A DNA stretch of 64,000 nt from the IMG/VR virus record IMGVR_UViG_3300050821_009856, positions 1 through 64,000 of that record; one strand, written 5' to 3'. This document shows, in pieces, positions 54,302-64,000 of the stretch. Position numbers and translations under genes: made by a program. Each line of letters opens with the position of its first letter. Position 1 is the first letter of the stretch. The DNA is from a virus. A model generated the notes under the pieces. The model saw nothing but the letters and a program-made list of their open reading frames with translations. It was not told the origin of the DNA and ran no database searches.

Positions 54302-54811
54302 ATGAAAATCCTTCTACTTGCTGTGGTGCTGGCAGGATGCGGAATCCGGTTCAATCCCGCCGACATCGTGGAGCCCCTGGACGATTCGCCAGCCCCATTC
54401 TACTGTGACTCGCAGTACTTCGGGTCAGTTGAATCTGAGTCGCAGATCGACTGCGGCGTCTTCGAGGCCGATGCCAAACTGGCCACCGACATGGTTGTCC
54501 GTTTGACCAAGGTTGACTCCAACTCCTACTATCGGATCATGCGACGAACGACCGTCCATGTTCGCAGCGTAGTTGAGTGGGGCTCGGGCTCAGATACGGT
54601 GAAAGGGCAGGCGTGGTTCCAGCGAATCGACATCGGCAGTTCCGCAACCGCCTTGGCGCACGAGACCCTTCACGTCTACAGTTTCTCCCATTGGGAGGTG
54701 AACTCTGGTGACCATCCGGGGTGGATTGAGCTGTGTCCGGACGACTCAGATTCCAGGTGCAACTACTACCTGGCGGCCAACACGTACGCAGACCAAGCCA
54801 AGACACCTTAG
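54302..54811 (+). CDS. Lipoprotein with HExxH metallopeptidase motif (moron)
   Basis: MKILLLAVVLAGC lipobox, LAHETLH; lone plus-strand gene in the structural arm. Confidence 0.7.
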   Translation: MKILLLAVVLAGCGIRFNPADIVEPLDDSPAPFYCDSQYFGSVESESQIDCGVFEADAKLATDMVVRLTKVDSNSYYRIMRRTTVHVRSVVEWGSGSDTVKGQAWFQRIDIGSSATALAHETLHVYSFSHWEVNSGDHPGWIELCPDDSDSRCNYYLAANTYADQAKTP

Positions 54812-57687
54812 AGTGGCGGGGTCAAATTCGGCATCGTGTAAAGTACGCGAGCCCCCTGGAAGTTGACGTTACCGGTTGCCGCAGTTTGCGGTACTCCGAT
54901 GATGATCTGAACGACACCCTCCGAGGTACCAACAACGCCAGTAGCAATTTGCGTGCTCGTCCAGGACTGATTTGCGGACCACCACGTGTACGAAGATGTG
55001 TTGTGAGTCACAGTGAACGTGTTGGGGGCGCCAGTATCGATGGCAGTCACAGTGTACGAGCCGCCCGCCGCATACGTCATCAATTGAGCGTATGAGAAGA
55101 TGGAGTAGTCGATCGATGCGTGCGTGTTATTGGCCAGCACCTGGACGGCCGTGACGGTAGCGCCGGTCGGAATTCGCACCGTCGCTACATAGGCGGCGGT
55201 GGCACCCGATGTAATGGACTGGATGATCCATACCCGACTGCTACTGATGTTGGTGCCGTACCCTGTCGTTAGACCGAAACTATTGAAGTCGGATGGGAGT
55301 AGGTGAATCGCCTTACTGACAGTCGTTGCAAACCCATAGTTCTGGGTGTTGGGGATGATGGTCGCCTGAGTTCCGGCGCCGCCTGCCGTGAAAGACCCAC
55401 CTGGAGCAGTAGATCCACCAGTGGCTTTTACACCGAAGCCACCGACACCGGCATTTTGGCCGTTGCCTCCAAGTAAGGTGGCGCCGTTACCGCCGATCTC
55501 CGCGCTACCGCCAGTGCCACCGGACCCGCCTGTCCCCTGGATTGCGTCGCCACCGGCGTTGTTGAGACCCGGTCGCCCGCCAGCGCCGATGGCGAGAATG
55601 GCGACACCGCCAGTGGCCCCGGTGCCTACCGGATTGCCACCTATCGCGTTGATAGCAACGCCACCATTACCGTTTCCGACCGCTACGCTCCCTATGGCTA
55701 CAATGGCGGTGGAGCCGTTGACGTTACCAGCTTGCGGTGCACCGCCGGTGACGTGCATGCCGTCGCCACCGTTGCCAGACGTTGCTCCGCCTTTTCCGCC
55801 GTTGACGTCTATCCCAAGCCCGCCGTTCCCGGTTGCTCCACCGGCGCCCTGATTGTCGTAGGCGGCAGCGCCACCGTTGATGAGAAGACCGGTACCACCA
55901 CCACCACTTCCGTTGCCGTTGCCAGCATCAAGAGAAAGGGCAGCGCCACCGATGCCGTTTGTCGATCCGCTCCCGGCTCCGCCATTGATGTAAGCGCCGA
56001 TACCACCAGCAGTGCTCGAAGAGCCACCGGTACCACCGCCGAAGTTGCCGCCGAAGCCGCCGGTCTGGGTGCCGAAGCCATTGCCACCGAAGCCACCGAC
56101 TCCGTTGCCACCGAGGGTATTACCAGCTGTCCCGTTGCCACCGTTGAAAGTACCGGCGTTGCTGCCGCCACTGGTGGTGCCCGTGCCGCCGTTAACAGTT
56201 AGCCCCTGACCACCGTTGCCTGCCCCATTGTTGAAGCCCGTGACAGTCAGGCCTGTCACGTTCGAGATAGCGGTGATGGTTCCGCCAGCATCGCTGATGA
56301 CAATGGGGGTTGATGGAGTGTTGTCGTTGCGGCTCAGCTGGACCACGCCGACACTGCTTGCAGTTGCAGGCGTAAAGGTCGTCCCGATTGGGTAGATCCA
56401 ATTCTTAGTGTAGACCTGGGTACCGATGCGCCAGGCCAGAACGTGGCGGCTTCCAGGCGTAACGGGCGTCCCCATGGTAGACAGGAAGCCCTTGACGGGC
56501 TGAATCGGAGTGCCAACGCCAGGGCCGAGATAATCCCAGGTACAAGAGTTATCGACTTGCCCAGAAGTAGTTCCGGTAGGCCCACCTGAACCGGCAGAAG
56601 TCCCCAGGGTCGTGTTGATGTACACGTTCCCGTTGTTCTGAACCGTGTAGCCAACTGCGTATCCTGTCGTGCCAGCCCAGTTTGCCTTGGCGTGGCACTG
56701 GCTGCGATCCAAGTCCACGTACAAGCAGGCGCCATCGGCCAGGTCGGTCAGACCTGGCGAGTTGCTCGTCTGATCTGCGATGTCGTTCTCGATGCCAGTG
56801 CTGTTGTCGAAGATGAAGCGAACGTTTTGCCAGGTCAGGTTGGTACCAGACCAGCTGAAGTTTTCGCCGTTGGACAGTGTAGCTCCCCACCAAATGACCG
56901 TGACGTTTCGGTCCGCGGTGGCGCTGTACCAGTACTGACCGCCACCGATTTCCCAAATACGGGTCATGGCAGCCTGCATCCACTCACGGACACTGGAGAT
57001 GCCCTTGTCGCCGTTTGAGAAGATGTCGCCAGTCAGGTTCTCGAAGCGCCCACCCGGCCAGTTGTAGCCCTGGTTGATAGCCGCGAAGTCACCACCAGGA
57101 GCAACTCTGCCCATGATGTTCCGGCAGTCCTGGATGCTGACGATGTTCGTGTTGCTGTCGGTGACAACCTTGGCGATCGGCACAAGGTTTGGCTGGGCAC
57201 TGAAGCTCGTGGTCGAGATGACGAACCGATAGTTCAGAGTTCGAGCCAGCGGGATATTCTTCGGAACCTCAGTGAGGGTCGTGCCGTTCAGGAACTGAAG
57301 AGTATCAGAGGTTGTGGCGTCAGCACTCCTAAGCAAGTCTACGCCGATGAAGTTCGTAGCGTTGGCGGTCCAGCTGCCGCTAACAACGGTGTTCGTCGAG
57401 TTCAGGGTCTCCGGAGAACGGTTGGAAGGAACCTGGAAGATGGAGCCAGACTCGGAGGCATTGTAGTTGATGAGGACGCTACCAGCCGTAAGGACCTGGA
57501 TGGCCGTGGCGGCAGACCCGACAGCAATGTTCGTCAGCTTGAAGCCGCCAACCACCAGGGCTTGCTTCCCGGACAGGATCCACCCGGACTGGACGTCAAA
57601 GTCCGCGGCGACGCTACTCTCCATGGCACGGAGCAGAGGCACGTCGACACGCATTTGACCGAGCCAGTTCGTTTGTCTTTCTACCAT
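54808..57687 (-). CDS. Glycine-rich tail fibre/baseplate protein
   Basis: N-terminal structural domain, CBM5/12-like W..TGYAVG..V.NNGNVY module, long GGxGG repeats. Confidence 0.65.
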   Translation of the reverse strand: MVERQTNWLGQMRVDVPLLRAMESSVAADFDVQSGWILSGKQALVVGGFKLTNIAVGSAATAIQVLTAGSVLINYNASESGSIFQVPSNRSPETLNSTNTVVSGSWTANATNFIGVDLLRSADATTSDTLQFLNGTTLTEVPKNIPLARTLNYRFVISTTSFSAQPNLVPIAKVVTDSNTNIVSIQDCRNIMGRVAPGGDFAAINQGYNWPGGRFENLTGDIFSNGDKGISSVREWMQAAMTRIWEIGGGQYWYSATADRNVTVIWWGATLSNGENFSWSGTNLTWQNVRFIFDNSTGIENDIADQTSNSPGLTDLADGACLYVDLDRSQCHAKANWAGTTGYAVGYTVQNNGNVYINTTLGTSAGSGGPTGTTSGQVDNSCTWDYLGPGVGTPIQPVKGFLSTMGTPVTPGSRHVLAWRIGTQVYTKNWIYPIGTTFTPATASSVGVVQLSRNDNTPSTPIVISDAGGTITAISNVTGLTVTGFNNGAGNGGQGLTVNGGTGTTSGGSNAGTFNGGNGTAGNTLGGNGVGGFGGNGFGTQTGGFGGNFGGGTGGSSSTAGGIGAYINGGAGSGSTNGIGGAALSLDAGNGNGSGGGGTGLLINGGAAAYDNQGAGGATGNGGLGIDVNGGKGGATSGNGGDGMHVTGGAPQAGNVNGSTAIVAIGSVAVGNGNGGVAINAIGGNPVGTGATGGVAILAIGAGGRPGLNNAGGDAIQGTGGSGGTGGSAEIGGNGATLLGGNGQNAGVGGFGVKATGGSTAPGGSFTAGGAGTQATIIPNTQNYGFATTVSKAIHLLPSDFNSFGLTTGYGTNISSSRVWIIQSITSGATAAYVATVRIPTGATVTAVQVLANNTHASIDYSIFSYAQLMTYAAGGSYTVTAIDTGAPNTFTVTHNTSSYTWWSANQSWTSTQIATGVVGTSEGVVQIIIGVPQTAATGNVNFQGARVLYTMPNLTPPL

Positions 57688-57728
57688 GTGGATTCTCCGG
57701 ACCGCGGTGAAGCCGCCGGCCTGTCAAA

Positions 57729-57738
57729 CTGAAGATTA
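57729..57738 (-). promoter_or_regulatory. Putative late promoter TAATCTTCAG
   Basis: Upstream of ATG 57687. Confidence 0.55.
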
Positions 57739-58167
57739 CCCTTGGTCAGGCCTGAGGATCTCATTACGATAGCTCAAGCCCTTGAAGGTCATCGAGCCCT
57801 GAACTACACCGCCGGCCTCGGCTCCCCAGTTCTCATTCACGACAGAGCAGTATCTGGCTTCGAAAATCAGGGTCTGGGTAACAACTTCCTTCAGCTGGAC
57901 CGTGAAGAACATGGCGTGTGGGATATCGGCAAAGGCAAACCCAGCCCCAGCCCCTTGAGCGCCACCATCAAGGCGTGTTCGCCAGACGCCGATGTCCCCC
58001 TGAACGCTGACCGCCTGGGGCATGAAGTCGTAGGCCTCGACGCTGTCCAGGCCGTGGATCTCCCGTTGTGGAGTTGTAGGGCTCCACCGGAAGGACTTTA
58101 CCTGGCCGTAGGAGCGGCCGTTGATGTAGCAGACGACACTTGCTCCTACGATGGTTTGCTGAGGCAT
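57736..58167 (-). CDS. Tail tube-like / baseplate tube initiator protein
   Basis: 143 aa, YINGRSYGQV, EIHGLDS, terminal SMTFKG; position in baseplate cluster. Confidence 0.55.
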   Translation of the reverse strand: MPQQTIVGASVVCYINGRSYGQVKSFRWSPTTPQREIHGLDSVEAYDFMPQAVSVQGDIGVWRTRLDGGAQGAGAGFAFADIPHAMFFTVQLKEVVTQTLIFEARYCSVVNENWGAEAGGVVQGSMTFKGLSYRNEILRPDQG

Positions 58168-61100
58168 TACGTTACCCTCGCTGTAGCTACTTCGACATCC
58201 ACGTCGTCACCACTCCAGATTTCTACTCTGTCGCTAAGCTTGGTCGAGCCATGGGTCGGGAAGCCACCACCACCGAGTCCCCTGTCACCAGGGTAGACGA
58301 TGGTCTCAACTAGGTTCAAGCCGGCAGCCACAGAGGCGGCGATGCTCGATTCCGCGGCCACTCGTGCAGACGCTGTATCGGTCAGGTAGAAGCTTCCCGT
58401 CTGTTGTGGTGCTGGCGGAGTCCACGGCCCCTTCTGCACGAGGAGAATCACGGAAGATCCAGATGGGATATCGACCGGGAAGACAGTTGTGTAATCCAGG
58501 GCGAGGGTGGCGTTGTCGATAAGGCCTGTGTAGTACACCGGGTAGGTCTGTGCAGAGGTACCGAAACCCAGGACCAGCCAGCCAGGTGCGTCAGGGAATC
58601 CGACGGAAGATCCAACGCCAAGGCTAGCGTAGTGCTGCTTCGCCCGTATAGAGACAGTCGTAGTCGTAGAGACGTTGCCGATCGCCGGGTCTCCCTTGGA
58701 GTCCCAGGTGTACGGTCCAAGCTGGCCGATAGCGGCCGGTTGCTCGTTCACCGGAGTCAGGGTGGGAGTTCCAACCGCGGCCGCATAGGAGGCCGTTCTC
58801 TCTACGGTCTGGAAGGTCAGGGTGGTGCCGTTGGGGGCAGTGGCCACAACTTGCATGGCGTTCAAGCCACCGCCACTGATTTGGTCGCCAGCCGGCTGGA
58901 ACACATCCACGTCCTTGACAGCAGAGGCGCTGACGGTCCCACCGGCGTAGGCCACCAGGTTGCCGTTCAGTAAGGCCGAGCCACCCAGAGTTCGAGAGAA
59001 CCCTTCCACAGACGGCGGGGCCATCCAGGTTCTTGTAGCTACATCGAAATAGTCGACGGCTGTCGATCCACCGAACACAATCACCTTGTTGCTGGCACTC
59101 AGGTACAGGGCGTGTGTGTCGCTACGAGCTAGGGACTGGGCACCAACCGCCGACCATCGACCGGTGCTGTAATCATACAGTTCGGCCACGGCAATGTTCA
59201 GTACAGGGAAGGCTGGCTGGGAAGCGTTGTAGCCTAGTCCACCAACAACCAAGACTTTGTCGCCAGGCAGCCAGGCCGCCACGTGCCCAGATCTAGCGAA
59301 AATCATATTCCCAGTCTGAACAGTTTTGTTACCAACTGCATCGTAAATCTCACAGAGCTGCGTTGGAGTTGCCGCAGAATTCGTATAGCCACCGATCAGC
59401 AGCAGTTTCCCGTCAGACATCAACACGGCCTGATGGCTGGCCCGGGGGGTCAGCATGGCCTGACTGCCAGTTGCCCAGGCTCCGCCACCCACTGAAGGAG
59501 TGAAGAACTCGACAGACGACACCGGAGTTCCGCCGACAGACGAGATACCTCCGGTGACAGCTATGCGATTATCTACCAGGGTAGTCTCGGTGTGCAGCCG
59601 ACGCGCCACAGACATCGGGATGTTTGCGCTCCAGCTGTTACCGGCCACGTTGTAGATGTAGGCGTTCGTGAAAGAGCCGGCCCCGGCATAGCCACCTGTC
59701 AGCAGGACGTTGCCCCCTTGATTGGCATCGGTCAGTACCGAAGCCTGGTGCTGGGAGACGGCATTCGGGACCGCCGCGGCTGAAGTCAATGTGTACGTGT
59801 ACTGAGTGCCGCCGTTGGCCTGAACTGCAGAGCCAGTGATGGCGATCAGGCGGGCGTCCGTATCGTAGGATGCACCTGTGTAGCCACCGGTTACCAGGAC
59901 CTTGCCGTTCTGGAGTGACGTAGCGACACAGTTGGTCGACAGGTTGCCGGGCATGTTCCCGAGGTTAGTCCAGATACTAATCGGGCTGGCATTAGTAGTT
60001 GAGGAGCCGTTGCCAGTAACAACGGCTGGGGGCGTGGAGGCTGGCACTTCTCCATCCAGGAAGAACCACTGATTGGCGACCAGACCGTGGGGCGTGGAGG
60101 TCGTTGCCGTGACAGTGCCCCCTGGCTGCCGAATGACAGACGAGAAATTAACGGATGGCTGGACAACTGCATAGGCGCCACTGTTTGGGCCGCGGCTGAC
60201 AGCGATGGTCGTAGTCGGCAGCTGTACATCAACTTCGTTGGCCTTGGTAGACGACACCGATACGAAGGCGCCGAGGCTGACTGCATCGAGGGCCGACCTG
60301 GAGGTGAGGCTCTCAATCTGCGGCCGGAAGAACATCATGTCTGAGGAAGCGACGATGCTGACGCTACCCTGGCTGACGGAGTTGCTGTTGAGCGTCTCGA
60401 AGAACTGTGTCAGGACACCACCGACGACGCGGACGTCGACATTCGTGACCGCCAACGTTCCCTGATTGAGAACGTTGAAGTTCGCCCCAAAGACGTTCAC
60501 GTAGTCGCCGACCTGCAGTAGCAGCAGGTTAGTGGTAGTCACGTTGCTCGTCAGCGTGTATCTCAGGACTCCAGGGGCAGACGCAGCAACTGCCCAGAAG
60601 TCACCAGCCCGAGCCTGGGTGATGAGGGTCGGGAACTGTAGGACGTTCTGGGCTTCACCACCAGTGACTGCTAAGTTGCCACCCAGCCCTAGCGCACCGC
60701 TGTAGATCCGCACCAGGTTCAGGCCCGTATTCGGATCCAGGTAGGCCAGAGCGTAAGCCTCGGAGTCGTTCAGCTCCAACCACCTGGTGATGACTGCGGC
60801 AACCTCGATGGCTTTGGCGGCTGCCACGTTTGTGTAGTCAGAAGATTTGATGGGGACCGTTATGGCCTGCCCGTCTGCCTTTAGGGTGAGCGTCCATCCA
60901 TTCTGTAGGGCGAACGGCTCTCCTACGGTTGTCGTGATATGCGCTCTGCAGCTGTCCTGACCGTAGTAGGCGTTCAGAATGTCTAAGAGTGCCTCGGATA
61001 CAACCTTGCGGTTCGTCAGCTTCAGGCCCAGCTGTCGGTAGGCGCTGTCGCCGAGGCCGACATTGACGGGCCGTTGCAACCCGTAGTCGGACATCCGGCG

Positions 61101-61625
61101 ATCCAGATAGACACCAGATGCTGTTGACCGGTAGAGCTGGTTGGCGACTAGTTCGGCGTTGTTGAAGTTATTGCTATCCCCCGCGGCCAAGGCCGCAATG
61201 AGCCCCTCGTTGTTGATGCCATCGAGGGCGTCAGGCCAGTGCTTCGTCAGTACAGCTTCTGCATCGTCGCCGATAGCTCCCGGATTTAGTGGCTCGCCGA
61301 TGTTGATCGGTGGCACCCAAGTGAAGGCCACGATGGCTGGAGCCTGGACGGCAACTCCATCGGGGGTTGTAACATTGATGGCCGACACCAGCCAGGAGCC
61401 AGACGGCAGTGCCGTAGGCAGAGCTAAGTAGAGGCTCCTGGCGTCACCGCTGACTGTCGAGACAAATAGGACACGAACACTACCGGGCCCTGTCAGACTC
61501 CAGTTCTGAGGATTTAGGCCATCCTTGGTTCCTGCTGGGTTCAGCTGTAGAACAGGGACACTGAAGCTCACCTTGACGGTGAAGCCTTTGTTCAGAACCG
61601 TTGCTGATTGGAGGACTGCCGCCAT
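58167..61625 (-). CDS. Baseplate wedge protein containing a Kelch beta-propeller
   Basis: TASGVYLDR..YGL.RP wedge motif; about 7 Kelch repeats (GKVLVTGGY, NRIAVTGG, GKLLLIGGY, DKVLVVGG). Confidence 0.7.
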   Translation of the reverse strand: MAAVLQSATVLNKGFTVKVSFSVPVLQLNPAGTKDGLNPQNWSLTGPGSVRVLFVSTVSGDARSLYLALPTALPSGSWLVSAINVTTPDGVAVQAPAIVAFTWVPPINIGEPLNPGAIGDDAEAVLTKHWPDALDGINNEGLIAALAAGDSNNFNNAELVANQLYRSTASGVYLDRRMSDYGLQRPVNVGLGDSAYRQLGLKLTNRKVVSEALLDILNAYYGQDSCRAHITTTVGEPFALQNGWTLTLKADGQAITVPIKSSDYTNVAAAKAIEVAAVITRWLELNDSEAYALAYLDPNTGLNLVRIYSGALGLGGNLAVTGGEAQNVLQFPTLITQARAGDFWAVAASAPGVLRYTLTSNVTTTNLLLLQVGDYVNVFGANFNVLNQGTLAVTNVDVRVVGGVLTQFFETLNSNSVSQGSVSIVASSDMMFFRPQIESLTSRSALDAVSLGAFVSVSSTKANEVDVQLPTTTIAVSRGPNSGAYAVVQPSVNFSSVIRQPGGTVTATTSTPHGLVANQWFFLDGEVPASTPPAVVTGNGSSTTNASPISIWTNLGNMPGNLSTNCVATSLQNGKVLVTGGYTGASYDTDARLIAITGSAVQANGGTQYTYTLTSAAAVPNAVSQHQASVLTDANQGGNVLLTGGYAGAGSFTNAYIYNVAGNSWSANIPMSVARRLHTETTLVDNRIAVTGGISSVGGTPVSSVEFFTPSVGGGAWATGSQAMLTPRASHQAVLMSDGKLLLIGGYTNSAATPTQLCEIYDAVGNKTVQTGNMIFARSGHVAAWLPGDKVLVVGGLGYNASQPAFPVLNIAVAELYDYSTGRWSAVGAQSLARSDTHALYLSASNKVIVFGGSTAVDYFDVATRTWMAPPSVEGFSRTLGGSALLNGNLVAYAGGTVSASAVKDVDVFQPAGDQISGGGLNAMQVVATAPNGTTLTFQTVERTASYAAAVGTPTLTPVNEQPAAIGQLGPYTWDSKGDPAIGNVSTTTTVSIRAKQHYASLGVGSSVGFPDAPGWLVLGFGTSAQTYPVYYTGLIDNATLALDYTTVFPVDIPSGSSVILLVQKGPWTPPAPQQTGSFYLTDTASARVAAESSIAASVAAGLNLVETIVYPGDRGLGGGGFPTHGSTKLSDRVEIWSGDDVDVEVATARVT

Positions 61626-61650
61626 GAGGAGGACCTTAGACTACGGTACT

Positions 61651-61660
61651 GCTAAGATTG
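61651..61660 (-). promoter_or_regulatory. Putative late promoter CAATCTTAGC
   Basis: About 28 nt upstream of ATG 61625. Confidence 0.55.
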
Positions 61661-61665
61661 GGGCC

Positions 61666-64000
61666 TCAGGTGTTGCTGAGGCTAACCAGCACGTCTGTCG
61701 TGAGGTTCAAGATCAGGGGCTTCTCGAACGGCTGGACCGCAATTTTCGAGCTGCCAGAGGCAAACGTTGGGCTAATCCAGGTGACAGCCGTGACGCCAGG
61801 CACCGACCGAGCCGCGGAGATCAAGGCTGCGATATCCACACTCTGGCCGACGCCGGTGTTGTTGATGACCGCGGCAACCACAGACTGGACACGATTGATG
61901 ACGTCTTGCTGGTTCTGCGTGTTGGCTGCGATTTCGATGCTCAGAGACACCTGCAGGCGCCGGACGTTCGGGCCACTGATGTTCACCAGGGCACCTGCGG
62001 CCACGATGCCGGGGTAAGTAGAGGAGTCCGCCTCAACACCGTAGGCGACCCGGTTGGCCTCAGCGATGAGGCCAGTCGAATACCGATATCCGTCGATCCC
62101 CTGAACCAGAGCCGTGGAGAAGTTGAGCTTGTCCAGGGGGGAGATGACGGTGCCTGCAATGGTGCCGATGCCGGTGTAGCCCTGGGCGCTGGTGAACTTG
62201 ATATCGTAGTACAGGCCATTGGCCGCTGAGGGGCTGACGCTTTGGACTTTCTTGATGAGCGACGACGGAGCACCCTCGAAGTCCTGGAACAGAGAGAAGG
62301 ACGTACCAAGGGTCACAGGGCCCGTAAAGTTCGCCGCGGTTCTGCCCGCGGCATTCAGGGTCACCTGCTTCACGTTGCCTGTGTTGATGCTAGAAACGGT
62401 CCAGGCTCCCTGGTTAGCGGTGCCGATGAGACTGCTGCCGATGACCATCGTATCGCCAGGCAGGACAGAGCCGTTAGCGATGAACAATAGGTTCGCAGTA
62501 GCTCGCTGCTCAACGAGGTTCGGGTTCTCGAACCAGAAGACGTTGTTAACGCCATCGATACGGACGATACGGAAGGTCCCGAGGTTGGATGCACTAGCAG
62601 TACCGCCGCTAATTGTCACGTAGTCGCCCTCTTGGACGCCGGTGATGCTTGGGGCTCCACCAATGCCATCCCAGGCGAAGGCTACGAAGTTGCCCCACTT
62701 CTCGATCTGCCAGGTGAAGCCATTCACTGGCGCAGCACCGCTGTTGGCGTAGTTCCAGAAGTTCGTGGAGGACGTGCCATCGAGAGTCAGGGTGGCCGCC
62801 ACACCAGCAACGGTCAGGTTGTTGATGACTGTCGTGGCGGTGAAGACTGGCTTGGCCACAGGAGCGCTATTCTTCAGGCGGCACCACATGCGACCGCGGA
62901 TCCCAATCGCATCCTGGCTGCGGACCTGTACGAGAGCGTATGTTCCGGCAATCGAAGAGCCGCTGCCAACCACGGAGGCGCCCACGCTGTTGGCGAGACC
63001 GCCCTGGACCTGGACAGACCCAGAGCTGCCGGCCGTCCTGGTGGCAACCTGAAAATCGTCTCCGGCACCGGCTGTTCCGATGCTGGCTACAGTTCCGAGC
63101 CCGGTAACGCCTGGCGTGTTCAACCAGTCCACGATGTTCTGAGCCTTCACGGGGACCAGACGGACGTCCTCGTTCAGCCAGTCGCTGTTCGTGGCCAGAG
63201 TGGCGGTTACAGCTTCTTTGAAGGTGAACTGGTAGTTGTGCGATGTGTCTACGGGGTTTACTTGTGACTGCACCCAGTTGATGCCGTCTGACAGCTGGTA
63301 CGTTTTGCTCGGCAGCTGAAACTCGTCCCAGCTGGCTTCTGCGATGACGCCGCTGGTGTCGGCGCCGGTACCGACAGCCACAGCCGTCAGAGGATCCGTC
63401 GGATTGGCCGTCGCCTGCAGGGCGTTGACTGCCGTGGCGATAGAGGTGATGGCGTTGGCGCTGCCACTGGTCTTCACCGGGAAGAAGGACAGGTACGTGG
63501 CTTGGTTCAGAGGATACCAAGTCAGGGTCGTGGATGGAGCGATGCCACCGATGCCAACGGCCACCCAGAATTGATTACCGAACGAGGTGATACGAACGGG
63601 CTGCTCGTAGGGTGCCGGCAATCCACCGGTAGGCAGAATCGATGCGATGTCGTTGGTGTTGACGGTCGAACCTTGAAGCGTAGCCGCGGCGGTATCGAAG
63701 CTGATGGTTCCGGGGCTGGCATCCGGACCTGCATTAGCTCCACTGTCGGCGTAGCTGACGGTTGTCGCCGTAGAACCAGTGAGGGTGTACGTGCCTGACG
63801 GGAAGTTGACGTCCGTGGAAGCCAAGAAAATCTTGTTGCCTGCCACCAGGCCGTTGTTGGCCACTGAGCCCGGGAGGGTCACGGTGAGGGTGGTGGTTCC
63901 GGCCGACCGAGTAGCTGAGGACACGGTGAAGCCGAGGACGTAGGTCAAGGTCTGAATGCTACCTGGGCCGTTCTGGGCAATGACGCCGATCTGCGTAGAC
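61666..64000 (-). CDS. Large baseplate J/gp6-like protein (partial, start beyond right edge)
   Basis: Frame open to window end; C-terminal YPGIVAAG, INNTGVGQSV, RSVPGV typical of baseplate J. Confidence 0.75.
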   Translation of the reverse strand, partial: STQIGVIAQNGPGSIQTLTYVLGFTVSSATRSAGTTTLTVTLPGSVANNGLVAGNKIFLASTDVNFPSGTYTLTGSTATTVSYADSGANAGPDASPGTISFDTAAATLQGSTVNTNDIASILPTGGLPAPYEQPVRITSFGNQFWVAVGIGGIAPSTTLTWYPLNQATYLSFFPVKTSGSANAITSIATAVNALQATANPTDPLTAVAVGTGADTSGVIAEASWDEFQLPSKTYQLSDGINWVQSQVNPVDTSHNYQFTFKEAVTATLATNSDWLNEDVRLVPVKAQNIVDWLNTPGVTGLGTVASIGTAGAGDDFQVATRTAGSSGSVQVQGGLANSVGASVVGSGSSIAGTYALVQVRSQDAIGIRGRMWCRLKNSAPVAKPVFTATTVINNLTVAGVAATLTLDGTSSTNFWNYANSGAAPVNGFTWQIEKWGNFVAFAWDGIGGAPSITGVQEGDYVTISGGTASASNLGTFRIVRIDGVNNVFWFENPNLVEQRATANLLFIANGSVLPGDTMVIGSSLIGTANQGAWTVSSINTGNVKQVTLNAAGRTAANFTGPVTLGTSFSLFQDFEGAPSSLIKKVQSVSPSAANGLYYDIKFTSAQGYTGIGTIAGTVISPLDKLNFSTALVQGIDGYRYSTGLIAEANRVAYGVEADSSTYPGIVAAGALVNISGPNVRRLQVSLSIEIAANTQNQQDVINRVQSVVAAVINNTGVGQSVDIAALISAARSVPGVTAVTWISPTFASGSSKIAVQPFEKPLILNLTTDVLVSLSNT

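Noticed and set aside
46002-57687. Diversity-generating retroelement or invertible fibre cassette
   Set aside because: No reverse transcriptase or invertase, and the paralogous repeats do not differ specifically at adenines.
1-64000. CRISPR array, integrase/att site, rRNA
   Set aside because: No regularly spaced repeats or corresponding genes seen in this window.

Overview
The window is a 64-kb slice of a large, lytic-looking, GC-rich dsDNA tailed phage with a contractile-tail (myovirus-like) baseplate, not a bacterial chromosome. It has three arms. (1) 1-11.2 kb, minus strand: portal (running off the left edge), a virion protein, a GIY-YIG homing endonuclease, terminase, an SbcD-like nuclease, a GroES-like protein, a sigma-70-like factor lacking the region 4.2 helix-turn-helix, an SF2 helicase and a kinase. 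(2) 11.6-46 kb, plus strand: GroEL, SbcC, endonuclease VII, class II ribonucleotide reductase, DnaE, SSB, RecA, primase, DnaB-like helicase, ClpP, an aminotransferase-CYTH-patatin-phosphoesterase cluster, tRNA-Asn, peptide deformylase, a Pth2-like protein and many small ORFs. (3) 46-64 kb, minus strand: tailspikes/fibres, endolysin and baseplate. Three promoter classes can be read from the sequence: host-like TTGAC-18-TANNNT; a recurrent (C)GCTATAGT -10-type motif, often giving leaderless mRNAs; and an AATCTT motif before late genes. The strongest candidates for new biology are a possible split sigma factor (sigma2/3 gene plus a free-standing sigma4-like ORF), a sigma-like protein fused to HxxxCxxC anti-sigma zinc motifs, a CYTH-patatin-phosphoesterase operon resembling a nucleotide-signalling circuit, and a PD-(D/E)XK endonuclease whose start codon lies inside a tRNA gene. 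All protein calls come from motif recognition by eye; no searches were run.
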